The notes: generated by a model not told the origin, from the letters alone. A stretch of DNA of 64,000 bases from Erysipelothrix sp. (GCA_012512595.1 JAAZDW010000021.1:5218-69217), one strand, 5' to 3'; positions 39,307-49,354 are shown, counted from the stretch's first letter. Program-made: numbers and translations.

Positions 39307-40515
39307 ATGAATAAGCAGGCAAGTATAAATAGAAAAACAGTTAAAAAGTCAATGAAAAACAATAGTATGATGATTATATTTTCTGGAAATAAGCTTAAAA
39401 GCAGCGCCGATGGAGAATATCCATTTGTTGTAAATAGAAATTTTTATCACTTAACCCAAATTAATGAGCCTAATTTAGTTTTAACAATGACTAAAAATAG
39501 CGAGGTCTTATTTATTGAAGAGAGTGATGAATTGTTTGAAAAATGGATAGGAAAAAAAATATCAAAGCAAGAATCCTTTAAAAAATCAAATATTGAAGAT
39601 GTTCGCTACTTAGCTGACTTTAAAGAGGAGTTTTTTAATAATTATGAAAATATATATCTAGACTTAGAAAAGGATCAATTTAATAATTATCCAACCCCTG
39701 CTTTAAAATTTAAAGAAGATTTTAAGCTTCATGTCTTGGACGCTTATCCGATTATAACTAAATCCAGAGCGACTAAAAGTTTAACCGAGGTAGAAAAAAT
39801 ATCAGAAGCCTTAATAATTACTGACGAAGGTTTAAAAAATATTATGAGAAGTTTAAAAGCAAACAAAAAAGAATCTTATTTTGAGGCTCATTTTGACTTT
39901 GTGCTTAAATCAAAAAATGTAATTCCAGCATTTGATACAATTGCTGCATCTGGTGCTAATGCCACAACACTTCATTATGTTACAAATGATAACATCGCTA
40001 AAGATGGCGACTTAATTTTATTTGACCTTGGGGCAACTTCTGATTTATATTGTGCAGATATTTCTAGAACATATCCAGTCAACGGTAAGTTTACCAAAAG
40101 GCAAAAAGAATTATATAAAATGGTTTTAGATGCTAATGAAATGGTAATTGACGCAATTAAGCCTGGAATTACAATGAAAGAATTAAATGACATTGTCATT
40201 AAACTTTATGAGAAGGAATTATTGAGACTTAAAGTAATAAAAAATGTGGAAGAAGTAAAAAATTACTATTATCATGGAGTATCCCATTCGCTAGGCCTAG
40301 ATACCCATGATGTTGGTTTGGACCGCAGTCAGCCATTAATCAAAGGTAATGTTATTACGGTTGAACCTGGTATATATATAAAAGAAGAAAATATTGGAAT
40401 AAGAATAGAAGACAACATATTAGTTACTAAAGAAGGAAGTCTTAATTTGTCCAAGCATATTATAAAAAGTATAGAAGATATTGAGGAGTTTATGTCAGAT
40501 GTCAAAGAAAAATAA
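39307..40515 (+). CDS. M24 family Xaa-Pro aminopeptidase
   Basis: 402 aa. The metal ligand pattern is DLGA..DLYCADISRT, HGVSHSLGLDTHD, EPGIY and IRIED. Confidence 0.85.
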   Translation: MNKQASINRKTVKKSMKNNSMMIIFSGNKLKSSADGEYPFVVNRNFYHLTQINEPNLVLTMTKNSEVLFIEESDELFEKWIGKKISKQESFKKSNIEDVRYLADFKEEFFNNYENIYLDLEKDQFNNYPTPALKFKEDFKLHVLDAYPIITKSRATKSLTEVEKISEALIITDEGLKNIMRSLKANKKESYFEAHFDFVLKSKNVIPAFDTIAASGANATTLHYVTNDNIAKDGDLILFDLGATSDLYCADISRTYPVNGKFTKRQKELYKMVLDANEMVIDAIKPGITMKELNDIVIKLYEKELLRLKVIKNVEEVKNYYYHGVSHSLGLDTHDVGLDRSQPLIKGNVITVEPGIYIKEENIGIRIEDNILVTKEGSLNLSKHIIKSIEDIEEFMSDVKEK

Positions 40516-40846
40516 AGAATACCTAGTAATTGGGGGAATATTATTAACTTTAATCATTGCTTACTTTTCAGTAAATTTCTTGTTTAACAAGGGCTCTGTA
40601 GGCCAACAGTTAGTTGAAATAAGATACAAAGATGAAGTTATCCAAACCTTTGATATTGATGTCGATGCTCAGTATGTGATTGAAGTTGAAAGAGGATTAA
40701 TGCACATTGAAGTCTTAGATAGTAGGTATCGTGTTCATGATGTTGACTGTCCAGATAAAATTTGTGAAAAAGTGGGTTGGGTAAAAAAAGGTAGCTTAAC
40801 TACAATCATCTGTTTACCAAATAATATTATTCTTGTTCAAGTTTAA
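40499..40846 (+). CDS. NusG domain II-containing (DUF1312) small membrane-anchored protein
   Basis: It has an N-terminal TM and a C-terminal CPDKICEKVGWVKKGSLTTIICLPNNIIL motif. The ATG at 40499 overlaps the end of the peptidase gene. Confidence 0.65.
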   Translation: MSKKNKEYLVIGGILLTLIIAYFSVNFLFNKGSVGQQLVEIRYKDEVIQTFDIDVDAQYVIEVERGLMHIEVLDSRYRVHDVDCPDKICEKVGWVKKGSLTTIICLPNNIILVQV

Positions 40847-40876
40847 GCAACTTGCGATAGTAGAAAAGAGTTAAAT

Positions 40877-42412
40877 ATGAAAAAAAATGCATTTTTATTA
40901 CTAATATTTTTAATAATATCTAAGTTTCTAGGAATAATTAGAGAGTCCTTTTTAAGCTTTTACTATGGATCTTCATATATTACTGATGCTTACTTGGCAT
41001 CATCATCGATTCCTAATGTTATCTTTGCCTTTATTGCGGCAGGCTTAGTATCGACCTTTATACCTATCTATAGTCAAATAATTAATCGTGAGGGGCAAGA
41101 TCGAGCAGATAAATATTTAGATAATATTCTGAGTATAGTCTTTGTTTCAACTATAATCTTAACTTCTTTAGGTTTGATATTTACGGAAGAGTTAGTAAGA
41201 ATTTTAAGGCCAGGTTATATTGACGAAACCTTTGCGCTTACTGTTGATTTCTTGCGAGTTAGCTTATTTGCAATGCTCTCAAATGGTTTATTTAGTATTT
41301 TTAGTGGTTATCAACAATATCATGACCGCTTTCTTGTAGGTCCTGTTGGCGGCTTTATTATGAACTTTGTTGTAATCACCTCAATTATCGTTAGTGCTCA
41401 AACAAACCCAATAGTCTTAGCTTATGGATTGGTAATTGCCTCAATTGCCCAAGTATTAATGACATATTTTGTAGCCCGCTCAAAAAGTGGATATCGCTTT
41501 AAACCTGGAATAAACTTAAAAGATCGATATTTAAAACCTATGGTAATAATGGCTTTGCCAATAATATTTGGGTCATCAATTGGTCAAATAAATGCCGTAA
41601 TTGACGGGTCCTTTGCCTCAAGCTTGGGGGAAGGGGCAGAATCTACATTGAATTATGCTTCTAAAATAAGTGGTGCGGTTTACGGTTTATTTGTTTCTTC
41701 AATAACAACAGTAATGTATCCAACAATAATTAGACAAGCAGCTTCTGGTAAAATTGAAGATTTAAAAACTACAATAGTAAAAACATTAAATACTATTTCG
41801 ATTATCATGGTACCTGCTACAGTAGGGTTGATGGTTTTAGCAATACCGATAGTAACCTTTTTTCATGGTCGAGGAAAAATGAACGATACCGCTATCGCAT
41901 TAGTTGCCTATGTCCTAATTTTTACTTCAGTTGGCTTAATTGCGATGAGTTTAAAGGATGTTATGGTAAGAGCCTTTTATTCACTTCATGATTCTATGAC
42001 GCCAGTTTTAAGTGGTATTGTCGCAGTTGTTGTTAATGTTTTCTTTAACTTTGTTTTGACACCTTCAATGGGTGTTGCAGGTTTAGCACTAGCATCAAGT
42101 ATCTCGGCCATAATTAGCTTTTTTGTTCTTTACTTTAGTTTAAATAGAAAGTTGGATGGAATACCTCTAGGTAACCTAGTATCAACTTTTCTAAAAATAA
42201 CATTTGCCTCATTAGTGATGGGTCTAGTCGCATACTTCGGATATAAAATATTAGATGGACTAAATATTGATTATAAGATTTCAATGTTTATTACAGTAGG
42301 TATAGCTGGTTTAGTTTATGCGGCTATTTTATATTCATTAAAGATTCAAGAATTTGAAGAGTTATGGGATATGGCATTCTCAAAAATTAAAAATATAAGA
42401 AAAAGAAAATAA
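40877..42412 (+). CDS. murJ: MurJ/MviN (MOP superfamily) lipid-linked oligosaccharide flippase
   Basis: 511 aa, about 14 TM helices. The N-terminal SKFLGIIRESFLSFYYGSSYITDAYLASSSIPN is typical of MurJ. Confidence 0.85.
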   Translation: MKKNAFLLLIFLIISKFLGIIRESFLSFYYGSSYITDAYLASSSIPNVIFAFIAAGLVSTFIPIYSQIINREGQDRADKYLDNILSIVFVSTIILTSLGLIFTEELVRILRPGYIDETFALTVDFLRVSLFAMLSNGLFSIFSGYQQYHDRFLVGPVGGFIMNFVVITSIIVSAQTNPIVLAYGLVIASIAQVLMTYFVARSKSGYRFKPGINLKDRYLKPMVIMALPIIFGSSIGQINAVIDGSFASSLGEGAESTLNYASKISGAVYGLFVSSITTVMYPTIIRQAASGKIEDLKTTIVKTLNTISIIMVPATVGLMVLAIPIVTFFHGRGKMNDTAIALVAYVLIFTSVGLIAMSLKDVMVRAFYSLHDSMTPVLSGIVAVVVNVFFNFVLTPSMGVAGLALASSISAIISFFVLYFSLNRKLDGIPLGNLVSTFLKITFASLVMGLVAYFGYKILDGLNIDYKISMFITVGIAGLVYAAILYSLKIQEFEELWDMAFSKIKNIRKRK

Positions 42413-42448
42413 ATTTTAATGAATTATAATAAAGGAGGAGAATAATGA

Positions 42449-43648
42449 ATGAAAAAACTATCAATATTTACCAATCACTATTTTCCTGAAAATTTTAGAA
42501 TTAATGCTTTATCTAAAAAATTTGCAAAAGAATACCAAGTAAGTGTTGTCACGCAAGTACCAAATTACCCAAAGGGTAAGTTTTTTAGTGGTTATTCCAT
42601 CTTTAAAAAAAGAGAAGAGCTAGTAGATGAGATAAAAATTTATAGGCTACCAGTAATCGCAAGGGGGAATAATGTTGTTACCCTAAGCCTTAATTATATC
42701 TCTTATATTATTTCTTCTTTTTTCTATCGACTTTTTAGTAAACAAAAAGCTGATCATGTCTTTGTGTACATTACTTCACCAATATTTATTAGTTATGCTG
42801 CACTTGCATTTTCCAAGAAAAATAATACAAAATCAACGCTCTACTTGTTAGATCTTTGGCCCGGTTCACTAATATCAATGCTTAAGATTAAAAATCAGTT
42901 TATTACTGACAAGTTAGAAAAATCCTGTATAAAGCTTTATAAACGTTTCGACAATATTGTAGTTTCTTCATATGGTTTTATTGAAGTGTTACACAATTAC
43001 GGTATTAGTGAAGAAAAAATTCATTATATACCTCAACACGCAGATGAAATACCAGAAAAGCCCATAAATATAAAGGTTATAAAAGATAAAGTGAAAATTG
43101 TCTTTACCGGAAATATCGGCCAAGCGCAAAATTTAGATATTTTAGTTAAAAGCGCAAAAATATTAAAACAACAAGACTTTCATTCTGTCTTGTTTACAAT
43201 AGTTGGTGATGGTAGGTATAAAAATAATCTCATAAATATGATTGATGAGTATTGTTTAAAAGATTATTTTGAATTTGTTGGTAGGGTAGATTATAATAAG
43301 ATACAGGGTATTTTGTCGGATCACCACTTTGGCTTTGTTTCACTAAGTGATGATCAGACTTTAAGTAAGACTTTGCCAGCTAAGGTCCAATCCTACATGT
43401 CATATGGTATCCCCATTTTAGCCAGTGCAAATGAAGAAGTACCTTTTATTTTAAATAAATCAAAAGCAGGTTTAAGTGTTAGGGCAAATGATGCAAAAAG
43501 TTTAGCAGAAATGATAGTTAAACTAAAATCGATGAGCCATTTGGAATTAAAAAGATTGGGTATTAACGGTTTCAACTATAGTAAAGAGCATTTTGACTTA
43601 GAAGAAATAGCTCAAAAGTTTAAAAACATTATGAAAGAAGGAAGTTAA
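42449..43648 (+). CDS. Glycosyltransferase family 4 (WbuB-like, usually partnered with L-FucNAc synthesis)
   Basis: 399 aa with a GT-B fold pattern and a C-terminal E..G....E-type region. It sits directly upstream of fnlA and abuts it (stop 43646-43648, ATG 43649). Confidence 0.7.
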   Translation: MKKLSIFTNHYFPENFRINALSKKFAKEYQVSVVTQVPNYPKGKFFSGYSIFKKREELVDEIKIYRLPVIARGNNVVTLSLNYISYIISSFFYRLFSKQKADHVFVYITSPIFISYAALAFSKKNNTKSTLYLLDLWPGSLISMLKIKNQFITDKLEKSCIKLYKRFDNIVVSSYGFIEVLHNYGISEEKIHYIPQHADEIPEKPINIKVIKDKVKIVFTGNIGQAQNLDILVKSAKILKQQDFHSVLFTIVGDGRYKNNLINMIDEYCLKDYFEFVGRVDYNKIQGILSDHHFGFVSLSDDQTLSKTLPAKVQSYMSYGIPILASANEEVPFILNKSKAGLSVRANDAKSLAEMIVKLKSMSHLELKRLGINGFNYSKEHFDLEEIAQKFKNIMKEGS

Positions 43649-44662
43649 ATGTTTAGTGAGAAAGTATTATTATTAACTGGGGGGACTGGATCTTTTGGTC
43701 ATGCTCTTGTAAGAAGATTTATTAAAGAAGATATTAAAGAAATCAGGATTTTGTCACGCGATGAAAAAAAACAAGAAGATATGCGTAAAGAGTTCAATGA
43801 TGAACGTTTAAAGTTCTTTATAGGCGATGTAAGAGATCGTTCAAGTTTAACCCATGCTGTCAAAGGGTCTAACTATATCTTTCATGCAGCAGCTTTAAAA
43901 CAAGTTCCAAGCTGTGAGTTTTTTCCAATCGAAGCGGTTAAGACTAATATTTTAGGGACGGACAATGTTTTAGAAGAAGCAATCTTACATGATGTAGAGA
44001 GAGTTATTTGTTTATCAACAGATAAAGCAGCATATCCAATTAACGCAATGGGAATTTCAAAAGCAATGATGGAGAAAACTTTTGTGGCTAAGGCAAGAAT
44101 GAGCACTAGTACAATTATTTGTGGGACAAGATATGGTAATGTTATGGCCTCAAGGGGTTCAGTTATTCCACTCTTTTTCGAACAAATTAAGCAAAACAAA
44201 CCAATAACGATTACTAATCCAAATATGACAAGGTTTTTAATGAGTTTAGATGAGGCTGTTGACTTAGTTTTATTTGCCTTTCAAAATGGAAACCAAGGAG
44301 ATATTTTCGTTCAAAAATCACCTGCAAGTACAATTGCTGATTTAGCAACTGCAATTGTTGAGTTAACAAAAACAGATACAGAAACGGCAATTATTGGAAC
44401 GCGTCATGGTGAAAAAGTTTATGAAACACTTTTAACTAAAGAAGAATATGTTAAATCAGAAGACCTAGGTAATTATTTTAGAGTTCCAATGGACCAAAGA
44501 GACTTAAATTATGATAAGTATTTTATTGATGGTGAAGAAGCAGTTAGTGAAGAAGAATATAACTCACATAACACCACACAATTAACGGTTGATGAAATAA
44601 AAGGAAAAATTGTTGACTTATATGAAATTCAAGAAGAATTGGCATACTTTAATATAAAATAA
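43649..44662 (+). CDS. fnlA: UDP-N-acetylglucosamine 4,6-dehydratase/5-epimerase (FnlA/CapE type)
   Basis: 337 aa. LLLTGGTGSFGHA..IKEIRILSRDEKKQEDMRKEF closely resembles S. aureus CapE as remembered. Confidence 0.85.
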   Translation: MFSEKVLLLTGGTGSFGHALVRRFIKEDIKEIRILSRDEKKQEDMRKEFNDERLKFFIGDVRDRSSLTHAVKGSNYIFHAAALKQVPSCEFFPIEAVKTNILGTDNVLEEAILHDVERVICLSTDKAAYPINAMGISKAMMEKTFVAKARMSTSTIICGTRYGNVMASRGSVIPLFFEQIKQNKPITITNPNMTRFLMSLDEAVDLVLFAFQNGNQGDIFVQKSPASTIADLATAIVELTKTDTETAIIGTRHGEKVYETLLTKEEYVKSEDLGNYFRVPMDQRDLNYDKYFIDGEEAVSEEEYNSHNTTQLTVDEIKGKIVDLYEIQEELAYFNIK

Positions 44663-44677
44663 GAAAGTTGGAATAGA

Positions 44678-45811
44678 ATGAAAGTTTTAATCACAGGCTC
44701 TTTAGGCTTTGTTGGTAAAAATCTAGTTAGCACCCTTGAATATATGGATGAGTTTGAAATTTTAACTTTTAACAGGGCTGATGATATAAGTGTCTTAGAA
44801 AAACATTCAAAGGTTTGTGACTTTGTCGTTCATTTAGCCGGTGTTAATCGTCCAGAAAAAATAAGTGATTTTTATACTGGAAATGTCGACCTAGTTTCAA
44901 CACTGATTTCATTTTTAAAAAAGCATAATAATAAAGCCCCTATTTTAGTTTCCAGCAGCATTCAGGCAGAACTTGATAACGATTATGGGAAAAGTAAAAA
45001 GGCAGGCGAAGATGTACTAATTGAATATGGAAAAGAAGTTAAAAGCGAGGTACTTATATATCGCTTGCCCAACTTATTTGGTAAGTGGACAAGACCTTTC
45101 TACAATTCAGTTGTCGCAACATGGGCGCATCAAATCTCAAGAGATGAAGAAGTTGAAATCTCCAACCCGGACAATGTTTTGCATCTAGTATATATTGATG
45201 ACTTAGTGAAGGAAATTATTGCAGCCTTAAATATGCAAGCAAATAAAGTGGTAGATAACTACTATAGTGTTCCTATTTCGTATAAAATAAGTTTAGGCGA
45301 ACTTTTAGATCTGTTTAAATCATTTAGAGAAAGTAGAAATACTCGTTTTATTGCCAATATGAAAGATGATTTAACTAGTAAGTTATATAGCACTTATTTA
45401 AACTACTTACCTAGGGACAAATTTTCTTATCCTCTTGTTACTCATAGTGACAAGCGTGGTAGTTTTAGCGAATTTATAAAGTCAGACTATGCTGGTCAAG
45501 TAAGTATTAATGTTTCAACAGCTCACCAAATTAAAGGAGAACACTGGCACCACTCCAAAAATGAGAAGTTTTTAGTTGTTAAAGGTAAGGCTTCGATAAA
45601 GTTTAGAGATATATTTGAAAAAGAAGTTGTCGAGTATATTGTTAGTGATAAAAAACTTGAAGTCGTAGATATTCCAACTGGATATACACATAATATAACC
45701 AATTTATCAAAAGAGGATTTAATAACGATTATGTGGGTAAATGAACCATATAATCCTAATAATCCGGATACCTTTGTAAAAATGGTAGAGGAAGATCAGG
45801 AGGGCTTATGA
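44678..45811 (+). CDS. fnlB: FnlB/CapF-type bifunctional reductase/epimerase (SDR N-domain + cupin C-domain)
   Basis: 377 aa. It has an N-terminal GSLGFVG Rossmann motif and a C-terminal cupin GEHWHHSKNEKFLVVKG. Confidence 0.8.
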   Translation: MKVLITGSLGFVGKNLVSTLEYMDEFEILTFNRADDISVLEKHSKVCDFVVHLAGVNRPEKISDFYTGNVDLVSTLISFLKKHNNKAPILVSSSIQAELDNDYGKSKKAGEDVLIEYGKEVKSEVLIYRLPNLFGKWTRPFYNSVVATWAHQISRDEEVEISNPDNVLHLVYIDDLVKEIIAALNMQANKVVDNYYSVPISYKISLGELLDLFKSFRESRNTRFIANMKDDLTSKLYSTYLNYLPRDKFSYPLVTHSDKRGSFSEFIKSDYAGQVSINVSTAHQIKGEHWHHSKNEKFLVVKGKASIKFRDIFEKEVVEYIVSDKKLEVVDIPTGYTHNITNLSKEDLITIMWVNEPYNPNNPDTFVKMVEEDQEGL

Positions 45812-46194
45812 AAAAAGTGCTAACTTATGGAACTTTTGACTTATTGCACAAGGGTCATATAAATATATTAAAAAGAGCGAAAGACTTAGGTGACTACTTA
45901 GTAGTTGGCTTATCAAGCGATGAATTTAATGCAATTAAGGATAAAAAAGCATATCATAATTTTGAAGATAGAAAGTTTATTTTAGAAGCAATCAAGTATG
46001 TAGATGAAGTAATCAAAGAAGATACTTGGGGACAAAAAATTGAAGATATAAAAAAACATAATATTGATGTCTTTGTGATGGGCGATGACTGGGAAAACAA
46101 ATTTGATGAACTAAAAGAGTTTTGCGAAGTTATTTATTTACCAAGAACGAAAGAAATATCAACAACTTTAATTAAAGATGAATTAAAATTATAA
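45808..46194 (+). CDS. tagD: TagD-type cytidylyltransferase (glycerol-3-phosphate cytidylyltransferase family)
   Basis: 128 aa. GTFDLLHKGHINIL contains the HxGH motif, and there is an RTKEISTT region. The ATGA overlaps the fnlB stop. Confidence 0.85.
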   Translation: MKKVLTYGTFDLLHKGHINILKRAKDLGDYLVVGLSSDEFNAIKDKKAYHNFEDRKFILEAIKYVDEVIKEDTWGQKIEDIKKHNIDVFVMGDDWENKFDELKEFCEVIYLPRTKEISTTLIKDELKL

Positions 46195-46205
46195 AGGAGC
46201 AAACA

Positions 46206-47330
46206 ATGAAAAAACTGAGAGTAATGACAGTAGTTGGTACAAGGCCAGAAATAATTAGGCTTTCATCAGTAATTGCAAGGCTTGAAAAAAGCGAGGCAAT
46301 TGAACATATTTTAGTTCACACAGGCCAAAACTATGACTATGAATTAAATGAAATCTTTTTTAGAGATTTTGATATGAAAAAGCCTGACTATTTTTTAAAC
46401 GCAGCTCAAGCAGGTCCAATCGCAACAGTCGGCCAAATTTTAATTAATATTGAGCCAATCTTGGATGAAGTTCAACCAGATGCATTTTTGGTCTTGGGTG
46501 ATACAAACTCTTGTCTTTGTGCAATCGCAGCCAAGCGTAAAAAGATTCCAGTATTCCACATGGAAGCTGGAAATCGTTGTTTTGACCAAAGAGTACCAGA
46601 AGAAACAAACCGCAGAATCGTGGACCACGTTGCGGATATCAATCTGACTTATAGTGATATTGCCCGTGAGTACTTACTTGCTGAAGGTCTTCCTGCCGAC
46701 CAAATAATAAAAACTGGTAGTCCAATGTTTGAGGTATTAACAGCGCGGATGGACAATATAGATGCATCTACAATACTAAAAGAACTAAAACTTGAAAAGG
46801 GCGAGTATTTCGTGGTTTCAGCTCATCGTGAAGAAAACATAAATAATCCGGTTAACTTTTTTAACTTAATTGAAAGTTTAAATGAAATTGCTAAAATCTA
46901 CCAATTACCAATTATTGTTAGTACCCACCCTCGAACTAAAAAGATGCTAGTAGAAAAAGGTATTAAGTTAGACCCACTCATTAAAACACTTAAGCCTTTA
47001 GGCTTTAATGACTATGTTAATTTACAAAAACATTCAAAGGCCACACTAAGTGATAGCGGAACAATTAGCGAGGAATCGTCAATCCTTAAATTTAAAGCGT
47101 TAAATTTAAGGGAAGCTCATGAAAGACCTGAGGCGATGGAAGAAACATCAGTGATGATGGTTGGCTTAACTAAAGAAAGAATCTTACAAGGATTAAAAGT
47201 TCTTGAAACTCAAAAACCAGATACTCTAAGACTTGTTGGTGATTATTCAATGCCAAATGTTTCTGAAAAAGTTTTGAGAATAATTATTTCATATACCGAT
47301 TACATAAATCGAGTTGTTTGGCAAAAATGA
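46206..47330 (+). CDS. fnlC: UDP-N-acetylglucosamine 2-epimerase, non-hydrolysing (FnlC/CapG type)
   Basis: 374 aa with VVGTRPEIIRLS, HTGQNYD and HMEAGNR motifs. Confidence 0.85.
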   Translation: MKKLRVMTVVGTRPEIIRLSSVIARLEKSEAIEHILVHTGQNYDYELNEIFFRDFDMKKPDYFLNAAQAGPIATVGQILINIEPILDEVQPDAFLVLGDTNSCLCAIAAKRKKIPVFHMEAGNRCFDQRVPEETNRRIVDHVADINLTYSDIAREYLLAEGLPADQIIKTGSPMFEVLTARMDNIDASTILKELKLEKGEYFVVSAHREENINNPVNFFNLIESLNEIAKIYQLPIIVSTHPRTKKMLVEKGIKLDPLIKTLKPLGFNDYVNLQKHSKATLSDSGTISEESSILKFKALNLREAHERPEAMEETSVMMVGLTKERILQGLKVLETQKPDTLRLVGDYSMPNVSEKVLRIIISYTDYINRVVWQK

Positions 47331-48514
47331 AAGTAATGTTTATTAACTCAGTAATTGACTATGGTAGTACAGGTAAAATAGTCAGAGACTTGGCAGAAGG
47401 CTTAAAAGCGGATGGTCACCAGGTTTTAATAGTTTATGGAAGAAATAAACCGTTAAATGATGATGACACTTTTAGTATTTCTAACAAGAGAGGATTTTAC
47501 TACCATGTTATTATGACCAGACTTTTGGACCGTCATGGCTTGCACTCAAAAAAAGCTACAAAAAAGTTAATAAACAAAATTAAAGATTTTAAACCAAATG
47601 TTATTCATTTGCATAACCTGCATGGCTATTATTTAAACTATCCGATGTTAATGAATTTTTTAAAACAACAAAAAGATATAAAAATTGTTTGGACCTTGCA
47701 TGATCTTTGGGCCGTTTGTGGCAGTGTAGCGCATTTTTCATACTATGGCTGCAAAGAATGGCGAGATGGTTGTGTAATTGCAAACAACCCGCGAGTTTAT
47801 CCCCAAAGCAATTTTATTCTAAGAGAAAAGCAAAACTTCTATTTAAAGAAAGAAGTCTTTTCAGGCTTTAATGATTTGACCATTATTACAGTATCTGATT
47901 GGGAAAAAAACATTATAAAACAAACATTTTTAAAACAGTATAAAATTATTAGAATATATAATGGCCTTGATTTTGATCATTATCAAAAAGCCCGTTTTAA
48001 TAAAAAGACGCCAAAAACTTTGTTTGGAACAGCTAGTGATTGGAATAATGAGAAAAATCTAATTGATTACATTAAATTGGCAGATATAATGCCCAAAAAC
48101 TATCAAATGACACTAACAGGCTTAAGCGATGAAATGATAAGAATACTACCAAACAATATAAAAGGCTTACCACGATTAGATAGTGAAAAAGAGTTAATTA
48201 AATTATATGCAAAATCATCAATCTTTCTAAATTTGAGTTTGCAAGAAACAATGGGAATGACAACAATCGAAGCGCTGGCCTCAGGAACACCTGTCGTGGT
48301 TTATGATAAAACTGCAGTCCCTGAAGTAATCGATGCAACCGTCGGCAAAGTAGTTGAAGCAAAAAATATAAATGCTTTATTGAAAGCCGTTATTGAAGTA
48401 GAAGCTAGAAAAATAGATCCTGAGACATGCTATGAATTTGCAAAAAAACGTTACAATAAAACCCAGATGATTACTTACTATAAAAACGTCTATTTTGAAA
48501 GAAGTAAAAGATGA
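47327..48514 (+). CDS. Glycosyltransferase (GT-B, family 1/4-like)
   Basis: About 395 aa with a C-terminal ETMGMTTIEALASGTPVV motif. The ATG at 47327 overlaps the fnlC stop as ATGA; the ORF track starts at TTG 47318. Confidence 0.75.
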   Translation: MKVMFINSVIDYGSTGKIVRDLAEGLKADGHQVLIVYGRNKPLNDDDTFSISNKRGFYYHVIMTRLLDRHGLHSKKATKKLINKIKDFKPNVIHLHNLHGYYLNYPMLMNFLKQQKDIKIVWTLHDLWAVCGSVAHFSYYGCKEWRDGCVIANNPRVYPQSNFILREKQNFYLKKEVFSGFNDLTIITVSDWEKNIIKQTFLKQYKIIRIYNGLDFDHYQKARFNKKTPKTLFGTASDWNNEKNLIDYIKLADIMPKNYQMTLTGLSDEMIRILPNNIKGLPRLDSEKELIKLYAKSSIFLNLSLQETMGMTTIEALASGTPVVVYDKTAVPEVIDATVGKVVEAKNINALLKAVIEVEARKIDPETCYEFAKKRYNKTQMITYYKNVYFERSKR

Positions 48515-49341
48515 ATAATTTAGATAAACTCCACCAAGTGCACCTAGAAATAGCTGACGAACTACATCGTATTTGTAGTAAATTTGATATACAATATTTT
48601 TTAGCTGCCGGCTCAATGTTAGGAGCTATTAGACATCAAGGATTTATTCCTTGGGATGATGACTTTGACGTTGGAATGACGCGTGATAACTATGAAAAAT
48701 TCTTAAAAGTAATTGAAAGTGAACTATCTGATAATTTCTACTTTTTATCACTTGAAAACAATCAAAAGTATGCGCTTCGATATATAAAGTTAATGAAAAG
48801 GCACACTAAACTAATAGAAGCTGCAGCACCAAAAGATATTGATAATTATGGAATATTTATAGATGTGTTTGTATATGATAAAATCCCTAAAAATAAAGCT
48901 TCACAACTTAGGCATAATTTATCAGTAGAAATATATCAAAAACTTTTATATGCAAAATGTAATAGTCAAATAGTATTTTCAAACAAATCATTTAAAGCCA
49001 TTATATACAATGCTTTAAAACTGCTAGTTATACCGATTTCAAAAAATCGACTTCAAAGGGGATTAAAACGTAATATGATTCGTTACAATAAGCAAGATAG
49101 TGACTACATTACCAATGTCGGAGAATACTTTTCGAATTATAATAATGAAAAGGTAAAAATTGAAGTCGCCAAGGATTTAAAATTATATGCTTTTGAAAAT
49201 AGGGAATATTTTGGATTTAAAGATTATGAAGCATATTTAACAGGTCTCTATGACGATTGGCGAAAACCACCACTAGAGAAAGATAGGATAATGCATCACA
49301 ACTATTTATATTTGAATTTTGACACAAAAAACAATGGCTAA
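48511..49341 (+). CDS. licD: LicD family phosphotransferase (CDP-alcohol phospho-group transferase)
   Basis: 276 aa. AGSMLGAIRHQGFIPWDDDFDVGM is the LicD signature. The ATGA overlaps the upstream GT. Confidence 0.85.
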   Translation: MNNLDKLHQVHLEIADELHRICSKFDIQYFLAAGSMLGAIRHQGFIPWDDDFDVGMTRDNYEKFLKVIESELSDNFYFLSLENNQKYALRYIKLMKRHTKLIEAAAPKDIDNYGIFIDVFVYDKIPKNKASQLRHNLSVEIYQKLLYAKCNSQIVFSNKSFKAIIYNALKLLVIPISKNRLQRGLKRNMIRYNKQDSDYITNVGEYFSNYNNEKVKIEVAKDLKLYAFENREYFGFKDYEAYLTGLYDDWRKPPLEKDRIMHHNYLYLNFDTKNNG

Positions 49342-49354
49342 ATCATTGTTTTTT
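49326..49354 (+). terminator. Terminator after licD
   Basis: AAAAAACAATG-GCTAAAT-CATTGTTTTTT spans the licD stop. TGATATAAT (an extended -10) follows at about 49381-49392. Confidence 0.65.

Noticed and set aside
40877-40895. Homopolymeric A-tracts near gene starts (for example A8 at the murJ start and A8 at about 63285) as possible phase-variation switches.
   Set aside because: Runs of 7-8 A are common throughout this AT-rich sequence, where they encode Lys-Lys. None is unusually long or placed in a way that suggests on/off switching.
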